The notes below the pieces were generated by a model. The model saw nothing but the letters and a program-made list of their open reading frames with translations. It was not told the DNA's origin and did not search any database. Both the position numbers and the translations under genes were made by a program. This document shows positions 34,116-45,255 of a stretch of 64,000 nt of DNA, in pieces. The first letter of the stretch is position 1. Each line of letters opens with the position of its first letter. Source of the DNA: Coxiella endosymbiont of Dermacentor nuttalli (lineage in GTDB: Bacteria > Pseudomonadota > Gammaproteobacteria > Coxiellales > Coxiellaceae); assembly GCA_048494595.1 (NCBI GenBank), contig JBGDBH010000001.1:214939-278938 (forward strand), given 5' to 3'.

Positions 34116-34272
34116 TTAAATTGTCTTCAATACTAAGCCTATTTTTATTTAGAAGTCTATCATTCCAAAAAAGAGAAATTACAAGCAGATAATTATTCAA
34201 TTTCAAGAGACAGATGGTGATTTGTTGCATAAGTAACATTCTCTCTTCTCTTTTTAACGTAGTAATCACCTG

Positions 34273-34308
34273 ATAAGAATTATCTGATATAATAAGAATT
34301 ATCTGATA
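34273..34308. repeat. 17-bp direct repeat x2 (ATAAGAATTATCTGATA), 19-bp period
   Basis: Exact copies at 34273-34289 and 34292-34308. Each contains the small dyad GATAA-N3-TTATC. Lies 160-190 bp upstream of marC. Confidence 0.9.
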
Positions 34309-34329
34309 AGACAAATCTTTCAATTTACT

Positions 34330-34353
34330 TCCTTAATATTGTCCTTAATATTG
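34330..34353. repeat. 12-bp perfect tandem duplication (TCCTTAATATTG x2)
   Basis: Exact adjacent copies at 34330-34341 and 34342-34353, followed by TC (start of a third copy). Confidence 0.9.
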
Positions 34354-36239
34354 TCATTCTTACCCTCTATTCTTCGAATATAAGGAGATTAAAGTGGCGA
34401 AAATGAGTCCAAGCGACAGCACGGCATTGTGAGATGATTATTGAGAATACAAGAAGACTATTTTTACTAAGTGCTTGTTATTGCTGATAAAATGATAAGA
34501 TAAGTGTTTCACATTTCTCATCAATCACTTTAAACATCATCATCAATTTTTAAGTGATTAATCATGCTATTATCCCTATTTCATTAGTTTCGTCTCATAA
34601 TTGCTTTCTCCAACCTACATGAGAAACTGATCATAACTATCAAAGAAATCGACATAGAGACTGTATTTTCATTATTCATGTAGTTTAATGACTATATTTA
34701 TCAGTCGAATACGGTCATCAGTGACTCTTCTTAAAGATTATCTTCTTATTTCATTTAGTAACTTGTTCAATTTCAATAGGATTTTTTTAAGATGCCACTA
34801 GGCAGAATTATTGACTTGGCAACAGTTATGTCGAAATGACAGTCAGCATATTAATTAGCGTAAGCTAACAGACTACCTTCTCCTTCATGATGAAGATATA
34901 ACATCATATTCTGCAAAGTCAAGTGCGAGTCTTTAAATAAAATAGCGCTGCAAAAATAATAAGTTTTAGTAAATGATTTTTTCTCTACGAACTGCATATT
35001 TATCGAAAAGGATCAATGGTTTTTACCAGCATACTAAGCGTACATTTAGGCTTACAACTAACTGTAAGCCTATTTTCACTAACAAATGCTTTAAGTAAAT
35101 GCATCGTCTTTAATTGAATAATAAAATAATAAAATTACTGAATCTAAATTTCTTTGAAAAGTTACTTGATTACTTACGCGCGCACAGGATTCTGTGATAC
35201 TAATTGTCCAATCCAATCCGTACCACATTCGTTTTTTATAATTTTTCTAATTGTTCTCATCATTTTTACTGAAAATGATCAAAAAAATTTGCTATCTTTG
35301 CTTTTCTAGAATTTCTGTTTCGAGTTTGCGATAAATACGATAAATAACTTAGTGAAAATTACCCATACAGGTAAAGGTGTTAATAATCTACACCCCATGT
35401 TAGATATTGTTTAAAGTATCAACGCCAATTCAATTTGAGTGTTTAAATCAATCGTCAAGAACAAGAAACACCTATATCCTACCTGTTGCAATTTTCGAGA
35501 AAGAATTGGAACCGCATCAAAAAATGCATGCGACTTTTATGCTGTCATTTTTTAAACGTTACAAACGACATAACTGTCTGAGAGAAAATACATGTTAACT
35601 TTAAACAACACCTTCATCCAGCAGATTGCGCAAAGACCATCTCCTTACAACACAACGCTAAAATATAATCCGCTTGACAAATAACCTAGCGTTCTGATGT
35701 TCCTCCGTAAATAATTTATGGGTTGGTAAAAATTTGTACAACGTACATTTAATCTTGCAGTGTTGCACTCTGTGGGGATGGATTTGAATTGATCTCTACA
35801 ACACTATCTAATCGGAACGCATCTTGTAGTAAGAATTATTAAAGCCCAATATACTAATCCTGAGCTATAACTATATCAGGAGACATATAAGGGATGCAGA
35901 ATGTGTTCCTCAACTTGGGGAAGTAAACAAGGGAATAGCCCTTCAAAGCTATCTGAAAAAATATATAGCGATTTCGAACAATTCTACAAAGCATTATTAT
36001 ACATCAGAACTAACTTTAATATTGTCGATTATTATTTTAATCGTGTGCATTTTACACAAGCTTAAATAGTTCAATTAACTGATTTTTAATTTATAAATTA
36101 AAGCGTTTAAGTTTTAATCTTTCTCTTGATTATGCATAGTTACAGATTAGCTTAGTTAATGAGATTTATAGATTAGCTTATCAAGCTTATTTAGGGTATA
36201 ATAAGGCTTTTATTACAATTTACCTTAGTAGAAAATACT

Positions 36240-37628
36240 ATGTGTGCGAAAAAACGAATCGCTATCACTTCCCTCGCCGTCATCATGGCCTTTCGGATGT
36301 TTGGGTTGTTTATGCTGCTTCCTGTGCTTGCTCTCTATACCAACCGAATCCCTTTTGCGACACCAACCCTCATTGGGATAGCTCTTGGTATTTATGGTCT
36401 CTTACAAGCTTGTTTTCAAATTCCTTTTGGGATGATCTCCGATCGTATTGGCCGGAAGCCGGTCATTACAACAGGCTTAATATTACTAAGCGTTGGAAGT
36501 GTTCTTGCAATTTTTTCACATTCTATTTACGGCATTATTATTGGCCGAGCGTTTCAAGGTACAGGAGCAGTTGGGAGTACTATTCTTGCCATGATCACCG
36601 ATTTGACTCGCGATGAAGAACGAAGTAAAGCCATGGTATTAGTCGGGATGGTCATTGGTTCTTCGTTTTCTATTGCTCTTATTATCGGACCAGTTATTAA
36701 TGCATGGTTTCATCTCGAAGGTATTTTCTGGGTGACAATAATTTTTGCAACATTAGGGATTATTCTTCTTTATACTGTCGTACCTGCTTCCCCTCAAGCA
36801 CTACTACCTCTCTGTCCTAGAGAAGAATTTGAATCAAGAAGATACTTTAAAAATGTAATTTGCAATAGCGCGCTTTTACGCTTAGATTTTGGAATCTTTT
36901 CTCTGCACTGTATTTTAACAGCAATGTTTATTAATATTCCTATTATTTTAAGTCGAATAATTAATCTCACTGAACATGAGCAAATATTTTTTTATTTAAT
37001 CATATTATTCCTTGCTTTTATAGCAGCAATACCTCTTATTATTTTTTCTGAAAAGAAATACCAACTTAAGTTAAGTTTTATCAGCGCTATCGCTTTCTTA
37101 ATAGTTTGTCAATTTTTATTTATGGTTTTTTGTCACTCGATCATTGAAATTAGCGCCATCTTATTTTTCTTCTTCACTGTTTTCACATTACTAGAAGCAA
37201 TGCTTCCCTCATTAATCTCAAAAATTGCACCGATTCGTCAAAAAGGTATGGCTCTCGGAATTTACTCTTCCTCTCAATTTTTTGGTATTTTTTTTGGTGG
37301 TATTGTGGGGGGATGGATTTTTAATCACTTTCAAGCAGTAGGAGTATTCATTTTTTGTGCAATTATTGCATTTTTATGGCTAGCACTAGCTATAAAAATG
37401 CAAAACCCTTCTTATCTTTCTACCGTTACCCTACAATTAGACGAATATTTGAAACAAAGTATTACCTCTTTGAAAAAAAATCTCCATGACATTCCTGGTG
37501 TTTCTGAAATAGCAGTTTTGGCCCAGGAAAATTTAATTTATCTTAAAATTGATAAAAAAATCATTACCGAGGAAGAATTGCGAAAACGAATTAGACAGAG
37601 TAACCCGGACGCGGGTAGAGACCATTAG
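36240..37628 (+). CDS. YajR-like MFS transporter with a C-terminal ferredoxin-fold (YAM-like) domain
   Basis: 462 aa with about 12 TM segments and MFS motif A GMISDRIGRKPVI. The C-terminal roughly 70 aa soluble tail (TVTLQLDEYLKQSITSLKKNLHDIPGVSEIAVLAQENLIYLKIDKKIITEEELRKRI) shows a beta-alpha-beta-beta-alpha-beta pattern like the E. coli YajR YAM domain, with no CxxC. Confidence 0.75.
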   Translation: MCAKKRIAITSLAVIMAFRMFGLFMLLPVLALYTNRIPFATPTLIGIALGIYGLLQACFQIPFGMISDRIGRKPVITTGLILLSVGSVLAIFSHSIYGIIIGRAFQGTGAVGSTILAMITDLTRDEERSKAMVLVGMVIGSSFSIALIIGPVINAWFHLEGIFWVTIIFATLGIILLYTVVPASPQALLPLCPREEFESRRYFKNVICNSALLRLDFGIFSLHCILTAMFINIPIILSRIINLTEHEQIFFYLIILFLAFIAAIPLIIFSEKKYQLKLSFISAIAFLIVCQFLFMVFCHSIIEISAILFFFFTVFTLLEAMLPSLISKIAPIRQKGMALGIYSSSQFFGIFFGGIVGGWIFNHFQAVGVFIFCAIIAFLWLALAIKMQNPSYLSTVTLQLDEYLKQSITSLKKNLHDIPGVSEIAVLAQENLIYLKIDKKIITEEELRKRIRQSNPDAGRDH

Positions 37629-37664
37629 AAATCAATAGAACACTACTTTAGGAGATTTTTAGTA

Positions 37665-38138
37665 ATGGCTAGAGGTGTAAATAAAGTTATTTTAATTGGA
37701 AATTTAGGCCAAGACCCCGAAGTGCGTTATACGCCAAATGGAAACGCTATCGCGAATGTAACGTTAGCTACGAGTACAACCTGGCGTGATAGACAAACAG
37801 GTGAATTGCAAGAGCGAACGGAATGGCATCGTATTGCATTCTTTAATCGTTTGGCTGAAATTGTAGGAGAGTATTTGCGTAAGGGGTCAAAAGTGTATAT
37901 TGAAGGAAGCTTACGAACACGTAAATGGCAAGATAAGAATGGTGCTGATCGTTACACCACAGAAATTGTCGCAAGTGAAATGCATATGCTTGATAGCCGA
38001 AGTAGCGTTAGTAGTAGCCATGAAAATCAAGAAGGTAGCTCTTCTTCTTACAAACAAATGAATCCGATAGGAAATCAAACAGCTATACCTAATGAAGATA
38101 GTTCCTGCTCTGACCTTGAAGATGATATTCCCTTCTAA
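37665..38138 (+). CDS. ssb: Single-stranded DNA-binding protein
   Basis: 157 aa with [43 protein letters not shown] and the acidic tail ...DDIPF. Confidence 0.96.
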   Translation: MARGVNKVILIGNLGQDPEVRYTPNGNAIANVTLATSTTWRDRQTGELQERTEWHRIAFFNRLAEIVGEYLRKGSKVYIEGSLRTRKWQDKNGADRYTTEIVASEMHMLDSRSSVSSSHENQEGSSSSYKQMNPIGNQTAIPNEDSSCSDLEDDIPF

Positions 38139-38156
38139 TACAATAAAAGAGGTAAT

Positions 38157-39389
38157 TTACAATAAAGGAGGTAATTCAATTTTGCTGATAACTTCATTAG
38201 AAAGAATAGAAACATTAATATCTATATCCTGCTTATAATTGATATCACTTAAACCAAAACCAAATAGTTTATAAAAATCTCTACGATAACCAGTAATATC
38301 AGATATTTGATTAGCGTTTTCGCTATTGATGGATTTCCATAATTTTTTTACTTCAGCTTGAACATCATCGCGCATTTCCAAATCATCAATTCGGATACGA
38401 CCTTTTTCATCCACAGGAAAATCACGATTACAATATAAGTGATCGTTAAATAACCGCCACATCTGCTCGATACAACCTTCATGCAGATTTTTTTCCTTCA
38501 TAACTTTATAAAGCAATGAGATATAAAGAGGAACAATAGGTATAGCAACGCTGGCTTGTGTTACTAATGCTTTATTCACAGAAATAATGGCTTGTCCTTT
38601 TAATTCCGATTTTAAAAGAGAATCTAATTTTTTAGCTGTTTCTTCTAAATGCAATTTTGCTCTTCCAATGGTGCCATTACGGTAAATCGCGTGGGTTAGT
38701 TCAGAGCCAATATATGTAAAGGCAACTGTTTTAGTTTTTTTTGTCAAACAATTATTGTCCAATAAAGAAGTTATCCATAAAGCCCAATCATCGCCGCCCA
38801 TAACTGCTGTTGTGTTCTGAATTTCTTTTTCAGTTGCAGGCTTAATTGTCACCTCACTTACTTCACCTGTCATAATATTTACCGTCTTATTTCGATAAGA
38901 TTGGCCAATAGGCTTTAATACAGAATTAAAAATTTTTCCAGTTTTAGAGTGAATACGACGCGGAGAAGCAATACTATAAATGACTAAATCAACTCCGCCT
39001 TGCCAATCTTGTTTAATTAATTCAATAGTTTTTTGTTTTATTTCATCTGAAAATGCATCACCATTAATGCTTTTAGCATACAACCCTGATTTATAGGCAG
39101 CCTTTTCAAAGGCTGCTGTATTATACCATCCTGGAGAAGCGGTTCTTTTTTCACTAGCTGGCTTTTCAAAAAAAACACCTATCGTTTTAGCCCTTGCACC
39201 AAAAGCAGCTACAATGCGACTTGAAAGACCAAAACCAGTAGAGGCACCAATAATCAAAACTTTTTTAGGACCATGAGAAAGATGCGTCTGTTTTTTGACA
39301 TAATCAATCCATTCTGTCACATGTTTTTTGCATCCATCCGGATGAGCCGTCGTGCAAATAAAACCATGAATTTTTGGTGCGACAATCAT
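38157..39389 (-). CDS. fabV: Enoyl-[acyl-carrier-protein] reductase FabV (trans-2-enoyl-CoA reductase family)
   Basis: 410 aa with MIVAPKIHGFICTTAHPDGC...VLIIGASTGFGLSSRI and YSIASPRR, a typical FabV N-terminus and length. Confidence 0.88.
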   Translation of the reverse strand: MIVAPKIHGFICTTAHPDGCKKHVTEWIDYVKKQTHLSHGPKKVLIIGASTGFGLSSRIVAAFGARAKTIGVFFEKPASEKRTASPGWYNTAAFEKAAYKSGLYAKSINGDAFSDEIKQKTIELIKQDWQGGVDLVIYSIASPRRIHSKTGKIFNSVLKPIGQSYRNKTVNIMTGEVSEVTIKPATEKEIQNTTAVMGGDDWALWITSLLDNNCLTKKTKTVAFTYIGSELTHAIYRNGTIGRAKLHLEETAKKLDSLLKSELKGQAIISVNKALVTQASVAIPIVPLYISLLYKVMKEKNLHEGCIEQMWRLFNDHLYCNRDFPVDEKGRIRIDDLEMRDDVQAEVKKLWKSINSENANQISDITGYRRDFYKLFGFGLSDINYKQDIDINVSILSNEVISKIELPPLL

Positions 39390-39641
39390 GAAGTTTTTCC
39401 TTTAATTATTTTTATCTTATCTTTATTTAAGACAACGAACTGTATTTAAAGCCATATTTCAATCTAGAAGAATGAGATGAACAATATTTTAAAAATCAAA
39501 AGAGAGAATTATATTAAATAATGCTTCCTATTTTATATAATTCAGCATATTTAAAGATATCATATCCTTTATTTTAAAGAAATTGTCTTTCTTAATTAAG
39601 TTTTACGGGGATCAGAAAGAGAAAATAATAGCTTCTTTGAG

Positions 39642-40031
39642 TTAAGCTGCTTCTTCCGTGCTGTCTTTTACTGCTACTCGATCAACTAATTCAACAATTG
39701 CCATAGGTGCATTATCTCCAGCACGAAAACCGCATTTTAATACGCGACAATAACCACCGGGGCGTTCTCTACATCGTGGTGCAATTTCCTTAAAAAGCTT
39801 CATTACAGCTTCATCGTCACGTAGACGATTGAAGGCCAGGCGACGGTTAGCTACACTGTCTTCTTTTGCTAAAGTAATCAATGGCTCAACTATCCGTCGT
39901 AATTCTTTTGCTTTTGGTAGAGTAGTTTTGATTAACTCGTATTTAATTAATGATACAGACATATTTTGTAGCATCGCCTTTCGATGTGCACTAGGACGAT
40001 TGAAATGTCTGCCACTTTTACGATGATACAT
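39642..40031 (-). CDS. rplQ: 50S ribosomal protein L17
   Basis: 129 aa with [24 protein letters not shown]. Last gene of the alpha operon. Confidence 0.96.
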   Translation of the reverse strand: MYHRKSGRHFNRPSAHRKAMLQNMSVSLIKYELIKTTLPKAKELRRIVEPLITLAKEDSVANRRLAFNRLRDDEAVMKLFKEIAPRCRERPGGYCRVLKCGFRAGDNAPMAIVELVDRVAVKDSTEEAA

Positions 40032-40034
40032 CGT

Positions 40035-41018
40035 CTACTTCTCCGGAAAACTTTCAGGAGACCATCCTTCAATATGCATACCAAGATTTAATCCTTTTTG
40101 TACAAGTACGCTTTTAATTTCCAATAAAGACTTTCTACCCAAATTTGGCGTCTTTAACAAATCGTTTTCAGAACGCTGTACTAAATCACCAATATAATAA
40201 ATACTTTCTGCTTTCAAGCAATTAGCAGCTCGCGCAGTTAATTCTAAATCGTCTACAGAGCGAAGCAATAAGGGATCTATTTTATCCTCTTTTCTACTAG
40301 AGGATCGATATTCCTCATGCTTTAAATCAACAAAAGTAGCTAATTGGTATTGTAAAATGGTTGCTGCGAACCGAATAGCACCTTCAGGATTGAGTGTACC
40401 ATTAGTTTCAAGATCGATGATTAATTTATCTAAATCAGTGCGCTTTTCTACTCGTGTATTTTCTACAGAATAAGAAACACGTCGTACCGGACTATAGGAA
40501 GCATCTAGCAATAATACACCTAATGAGCGACTTTCTTCTTTCTCTGCACGTATACTAGCAGGTTCATAACCTCGACCCATTTCTGCTTTTAACGTCATGT
40601 TAATTTCACCATCCTTAGTAAGATGTGCAATGACATGATCAGAGTTGATAATCTTAACACCATGATCTGTTTGTAAGTCTCCTGCTATGACTATACCTGG
40701 ACCTTTTTTATTTAGGGTTAAAGTAGCTTTACTACGTCCTTCTAACTTAACAGCAACTCCTTTTAGATTTAATATAATACTCACCACATCTTCACGTACA
40801 CCCTCAATAGAGGTGTATTCATGCAAAACACCTTTTATTTGCGCTTCGACAATAGCGGCTCCAGGCATAGAAGATAATAAAATTCTTCTCAGAGCATTTC
40901 CTAAGGTGTGTCCAAACCCACGCTCTAACGGCTCTAATACAATACGAAAGTGATAAGGTGACACAGGATGAACCTGAGCGTTTTTCGGTGTTAAAAATGA
41001 TTTAAGAAGATCTTGCAT
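40035..41018 (-). CDS. rpoA: RNA polymerase alpha subunit
   Basis: 327 aa with [26 protein letters not shown] and a C-terminal domain ...[25 protein letters not shown]. Confidence 0.97.
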   Translation of the reverse strand: MQDLLKSFLTPKNAQVHPVSPYHFRIVLEPLERGFGHTLGNALRRILLSSMPGAAIVEAQIKGVLHEYTSIEGVREDVVSIILNLKGVAVKLEGRSKATLTLNKKGPGIVIAGDLQTDHGVKIINSDHVIAHLTKDGEINMTLKAEMGRGYEPASIRAEKEESRSLGVLLLDASYSPVRRVSYSVENTRVEKRTDLDKLIIDLETNGTLNPEGAIRFAATILQYQLATFVDLKHEEYRSSSRKEDKIDPLLLRSVDDLELTARAANCLKAESIYYIGDLVQRSENDLLKTPNLGRKSLLEIKSVLVQKGLNLGMHIEGWSPESFPEK

Positions 41019-41030
41019 ATTTAATTTCCC

Positions 41031-41651
41031 TTACTTCGAATAGAGTTCAACAACGAGGTTTATTTTAAATTCAGCAGGTAATTCTGCTACGTCTGGTTGA
41101 TTCTTGAGTGTACCTAGCATTTTTTTTGTATCCACTTCGATCCAAGAAACCGATTCGCGTTGTTGTGCTAGTTCTAATGCGCCTCTGATTCGGAATTGCC
41201 CCCTCGCTTGTCTATGAACTTTAATCAGATCCCCAGGTTTTACTTGATAAGAAGGAATATTAACTACTTTCTCGTTAACGAGGATCGCTTTATGACTTAC
41301 AAGCTGTCTCGCTTCTGCTCTGGTAGCCGAAAATCCTATTCGATAAACCACGTTATCCAATCGTCCTTCTAATAAGCTTAATAAATTTTCTCCAGTTGAC
41401 CCTTTTAGTTTATCAGCTTTCCGATAATAATTACGAAATTGCTTTTCTAAAATGTCGTAATAACGTTTAATCATCTGTTTCATCCGCAATTGGACACCAT
41501 AGTCCGTGGTTCGACCACGACGTTGCCAGTGCATACCAGAAACACGTTCAATATTGCATTTCGAATCAATGGTCCGAATACCACTTTTTAGTTGCAAATC
41601 AGTTTTTTCACGTCGTGATAATCGACATTTTGGGCCTAAATATCTTGCCAT
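41031..41651 (-). CDS. rpsD: 30S ribosomal protein S4
   Basis: 206 aa with [19 protein letters not shown]. Confidence 0.97.
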   Translation of the reverse strand: MARYLGPKCRLSRREKTDLQLKSGIRTIDSKCNIERVSGMHWQRRGRTTDYGVQLRMKQMIKRYYDILEKQFRNYYRKADKLKGSTGENLLSLLEGRLDNVVYRIGFSATRAEARQLVSHKAILVNEKVVNIPSYQVKPGDLIKVHRQARGQFRIRGALELAQQRESVSWIEVDTKKMLGTLKNQPDVAELPAEFKINLVVELYSK

Positions 41652-41665
41652 TGCTTAATTGTCTC

Positions 41666-42037
41666 CTAAACTCGTCGTTTCTTACGTGGTCGACAGCCAT
41701 TGTGTGGCAATGCTGTGCGATCTTCTAGACTAATAATTTTTAAACCGGCGGCACGCAATCCACGAATAGCAGAATCACGTCCTGCGCCTGGACCTTTAAC
41801 ACATACGGAAACAGCTTCCATACCAAAATCTTGAATGGCTCTTTCACCTACTCCCTCAGCAGCTAATTGTGCACCATAGGGAGTACCTTTGCGAGAACCC
41901 TTAAACCCAGATCCACCAACTGATCGAAAACACAATACATTCCCATGAGGATCAGAAATACATATTTTTGTGTTATTAAATGTTGCATTAATGTGGGCAA
42001 TACCCTCAGTAACCTTGCGAAAACGTTTTTTTGACAT
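41666..42037 (-). CDS. rpsK: 30S ribosomal protein S11
   Basis: 123 aa with [26 protein letters not shown] and [13 protein letters not shown]. Confidence 0.97.
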   Translation of the reverse strand: MSKKRFRKVTEGIAHINATFNNTKICISDPHGNVLCFRSVGGSGFKGSRKGTPYGAQLAAEGVGERAIQDFGMEAVSVCVKGPGAGRDSAIRGLRAAGLKIISLEDRTALPHNGCRPRKKRRV

Positions 42038-42058
42038 GAAACAACCTTTTTCTTTTTA

Positions 42059-42418
42059 TCAAGTTCGTATAGACTTACGTTTACCCTTGCGTGTACGAGC
42101 ATTAGTGCAGGTTCGTTGACCACGGACTGGAAGCCCTCGGCGGTGACGGATACCTTGATAAGTAGCTAAATCCATCTTCCGTTTGATATCTGTAGAACGT
42201 TCACGTCTTAAGTCCCCTTCTACTGTGAACTTGCTAACTTCATTTCGTAAAGCGTCAAGCTCAATCTCTGACAAGTTCTGTATTTTAGAAGTAGGAGCGA
42301 TTTTTGCTGCTTTGCAAATTTTTATTGCACGAGAATTACCTATACCGTAAATTGCTTGAAGCGCTACTCGTACGTGTTTTTGCATTGGAATGTTAACGCC
42401 TGTGATGCGAGCTACCAT
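42059..42418 (-). CDS. rpsM: 30S ribosomal protein S13
   Basis: 119 aa with [25 protein letters not shown]. Confidence 0.97.
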   Translation of the reverse strand: MVARITGVNIPMQKHVRVALQAIYGIGNSRAIKICKAAKIAPTSKIQNLSEIELDALRNEVSKFTVEGDLRRERSTDIKRKMDLATYQGIRHRRGLPVRGQRTCTNARTRKGKRKSIRT

Positions 42419-42634
42419 TTGTATTTACTCCAACTTATCATCAATAATTCACCAAAAATTTAATGAAAACCACAACTATAATCCCCATCCCTCGATAAAT
42501 CAAGGGATCACAGAGATACTGGCTAGCATGCCCTCTCGCTAGAGATTCTATCTAGCGCTCCTAACGATTTTCCAACTTGTCACTTCGTCATTTTTTATTC
42601 TGATTGAATGGAACTACTAATATGTATCTTACTT

Positions 42635-42751
42635 TCTACTTTTTTGTCTTTGCTTATGCCGAACGTTACTGCAAATTACTCGTATAACACCTTCCCGTCT
42701 AACTATTTTACAATTTTGACAAATTCGTTTTACAGATGCTCTTACTTTCAT
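42635..42751 (-). CDS. rpmJ: 50S ribosomal protein L36 (Zn-ribbon form)
   Basis: Too short for the ORF track. My translation gives [38 protein letters not shown] (38 aa, stop TAG 42635-42637). Carries C11/C14/C27/H32 ligands and lies between secY and rpsM. Confidence 0.93.
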
Positions 42752-42769
42752 CCCATTATCCTTCCTTCA

Positions 42770-44107
42770 TTATCGAATAAGCCCAAATTTTGAGCCTTTC
42801 ATACTTGATTTTTTCATTAAAGATTCATATTGATAGCTCATTAAATGAGCTTGTACTTGCGTCATGAAATCCATCACAACCACCACTACAATTAACAAAG
42901 AAGTGCCTCCAAAATAAAAAGGAATATTCCATGTCAAAATCAAAAATTGAGGTAGCAAAGCTACCAAAGTAAGATAAATAGAACCCACTAAAATTAATCT
43001 GGCCATTACCTTGTTAATATAATTCGCTGTTTGCTCACCTGGGCGAATACCAGGAATAAATGCCCCAGATTTTTTTAAATTTTCAGCTGTTTCTTTAGGA
43101 TTAAAAACCAAAGTTGTATAGAAAAAACTAAAAAAGACTATTGATATAGAAAAAACCACAATATAGGCTGGCTGACCATTTGAAAGCACTAAAGAAACAT
43201 TATTTAGCCATTCTAATCCTCGAATCGAGGCCATAAATTTAGCTGCGGCTCCTGAAAATAAAATAATACTCTGAGCGAAAATTACTGGGATCACCCCAGC
43301 CATATTAATTTTTAATGGAAGATGACTGCTTTGAGCCACATACAACTTTCTTCCTTGCTGCCGTTTAGCATAACTAATAGTAATTCGACGTTGAGCTCGT
43401 TCAAATAAGACAACCACTAGAGTGGTTGCAATTACTACTGTCATCAAAAGTAATAAAGTCAACACAGAAATTTGACCTTGATGTACTTGTGTAAATACTT
43501 GGCTAATTGCTGTAGGGAACCGTGAAGTAATACTAGCAAAAATAATTAAAGAAGTTCCATTACCAATGCCTCGTTCCGTCATTTGTTCACCTAACCACAT
43601 TAGAAAAATAGTACCTGTTACGAGCGTAATAACAGCCGTAAAATAGAAACTAAAATTTGGTCTAATTAAGGTAAGTACAGTGCCGCTGTTAGCAAGCCAC
43701 TTGGCCATAAAAATTGATTGCGGTAAGGACAATATAACAGTTCCATACCGCGTATACTGATTGATCTTTCGACGACCTGCTTCCCCCTCTTTTCGAAGAG
43801 CCTGCATTTTAGAAGAAATTTGGCTGTACATTTGAATAATGATAGAAGAGGAAATATACGGTATTACCCCTAACGCAAAAATTGTCATCCGACTTAAAGC
43901 ACCACCGGAAAACATATTAAACATTCCTAGAAAGCCTAATTCATGTTGGTGAAAAAGCGCTTCTAGACGAGCAGGATCGAGACCAGGGACGGGTATATAA
44001 GTCCCTAATCGGTATATCATAATGCCAATTAAGACGAACAATAAACGCCGTTTTAATTCACTAAGTCCACTACCTTGTAAGGGTGCACCGAACTTGGTTT
44101 TAGCCAT
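42770..44107 (-). CDS. secY: Preprotein translocase subunit SecY
   Basis: 445 aa, multi-TM, with LKRRLLFVLIGIMIYRLGTYIPVPG and FALGVIPYISSSII. Confidence 0.97.
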   Translation of the reverse strand: MAKTKFGAPLQGSGLSELKRRLLFVLIGIMIYRLGTYIPVPGLDPARLEALFHQHELGFLGMFNMFSGGALSRMTIFALGVIPYISSSIIIQMYSQISSKMQALRKEGEAGRRKINQYTRYGTVILSLPQSIFMAKWLANSGTVLTLIRPNFSFYFTAVITLVTGTIFLMWLGEQMTERGIGNGTSLIIFASITSRFPTAISQVFTQVHQGQISVLTLLLLMTVVIATTLVVVLFERAQRRITISYAKRQQGRKLYVAQSSHLPLKINMAGVIPVIFAQSIILFSGAAAKFMASIRGLEWLNNVSLVLSNGQPAYIVVFSISIVFFSFFYTTLVFNPKETAENLKKSGAFIPGIRPGEQTANYINKVMARLILVGSIYLTLVALLPQFLILTWNIPFYFGGTSLLIVVVVVMDFMTQVQAHLMSYQYESLMKKSSMKGSKFGLIR

Positions 44108-44538
44108 TAAACCTTACCGCCTACTGCTTCTACAGCGGACTTAACGCTTTTGGTTACTTGCAGACCTAAAATTGTCACAGGCTTTTCTAATTTACCTGAA
44201 GCAAATATTTTAACATACCTAATATGGCGACCAATAATGTTGGCCGCTTTCAAAGTATCGATATTAACTACATCACTATCAGAAATCTTATTTAATTCGT
44301 GTAAGCGCACTTCTGCAGAAAATAACTTCTTCCTTGATGTGAAGCCAAATTTTGGGACCCGACGTTTTAGAGGCATTTGCCCACCTTCGAAGCCAACTTT
44401 ATGATAGCCGCCTGAGCGAGAATGCTGTCCTTTATGTCCGCGGCCACAAGTTTTTCCTTTTCCACTGCCAATCCCACGACCTACTCGCGTTTTATTTTTT
44501 TTTGCCTTTTTATTAGGTTGTAGAACATTCAGCCTCAT
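44107..44538 (-). CDS. rplO: 50S ribosomal protein L15
   Basis: MRLNVLQP...[27 protein letters not shown]. Start set at ATG 44538, right after the rpmD stop. Confidence 0.96.
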   Translation of the reverse strand: MRLNVLQPNKKAKKNKTRVGRGIGSGKGKTCGRGHKGQHSRSGGYHKVGFEGGQMPLKRRVPKFGFTSRKKLFSAEVRLHELNKISDSDVVNIDTLKAANIIGRHIRYVKIFASGKLEKPVTILGLQVTKSVKSAVEAVGGKV

Positions 44539-44539
44539 T

Positions 44540-44728
44540 TCAAACTTCCTCAATCTTTAGCAAATAAAACACCTTATTAATCATTCCTCGATTAGCAGGT
44601 GTATCAATAACCTCAACCGTCTGATTGATTCGTCGTAATCCCAAGCCTTCTATAGACTCACGATGTCCGGGTTTGCGTCCATATTTACTTCCTATTAAGG
44701 TCACACGAACTTTTTTTAATTTTCTCAT
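44540..44728 (-). CDS. rpmD: 50S ribosomal protein L30
   Basis: 62 aa with [29 protein letters not shown]. Confidence 0.95.
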   Translation of the reverse strand: MRKLKKVRVTLIGSKYGRKPGHRESIEGLGLRRINQTVEVIDTPANRGMINKVFYLLKIEEV

Positions 44729-44733
44729 TAGTT

Positions 44734-45243
44734 TTATCCTAAAATTTCTTTAATAGATTTTCCACGTTTTGCAGCCACAGCGTCAGGTGTTTCTATGCTT
44801 TTAAGTGCTTTGAAGGTAGCTCGAACTACATTGATTGGATTAGAAGAGCCGATACACTTCGCTAAAATATTTTGAATACCCATAACTTCAAAAACTGCTC
44901 GCATCGCATTTCCAGCAATCACTCCAGTTCCATTTGAAGCAGGCAATATCAATACAGTTGAAGATGCATGAGTAGCTTTTACTGCATGACTTAATGTGTT
45001 TTTCCCATCTAAAGGCACAGAAATCATATTACGGCGCGCGTCTTCCGTAGCCTTTTTTATGGCAGCCGGAACCTCACGCGCTTTTCCTAAACCAAAACCT
45101 ACCTTACCTTCGCCATCCCCCGCAACGACCAATGCGGAAAAACCAAACACGCGTCCACCCTTTACAACTTTCGCTGTACGTCGAACATAAACCAGTTTAT
45201 CCTGGTTACCATCGGTTTTCGTATCAGTACCCAATTCACGCAT
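44734..45243 (-). CDS. rpsE: 30S ribosomal protein S5
   Basis: 169 aa with [38 protein letters not shown]. Confidence 0.97.
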   Translation of the reverse strand: MRELGTDTKTDGNQDKLVYVRRTAKVVKGGRVFGFSALVVAGDGEGKVGFGLGKAREVPAAIKKATEDARRNMISVPLDGKNTLSHAVKATHASSTVLILPASNGTGVIAGNAMRAVFEVMGIQNILAKCIGSSNPINVVRATFKALKSIETPDAVAAKRGKSIKEILG

Positions 45244-45255
45244 AAATGTACCTTA

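Noticed and set aside
34271-34310. Possible Fur box in the GATAAGAATTATCTGATA repeats
   Set aside because: Only about 10 of 19 positions match the GATAATGATAATCATTATC consensus in the best register. AT-rich dyads of this kind arise easily in this composition. I kept it only as an unexplained repeat.
34273-34353. CRISPR array
   Set aside because: The repeats are only two copies each, 12-17 bp long and directly adjacent, with no unique spacers of 25-40 bp. No cas genes occur anywhere in the window.
35760-35800. Degenerate copy of the tRNA-Glu 3' end (GGATTTGAATTGATC vs GGGTTCGAATCCCGT) as a possible attR of an island starting at the tRNA
   Set aside because: Only about 9 of 15 positions match. 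No integrase or other mobile-element remnant lies between the tRNA and this site, and marC sits in between. The evidence is insufficient.
36242-36616. 124-aa ORF overlapping the start of the MFS transporter in another frame
   Set aside because: The +2 frame of a clearly conserved transporter gene. The MFS frame carries motif A and the TM periodicity, and the alternative frame has neither.
41863-42123. 86-aa minus-strand ORF spanning the rpsK/rpsM junction
   Set aside because: An out-of-frame overlap of two conserved ribosomal protein genes with no independent support.
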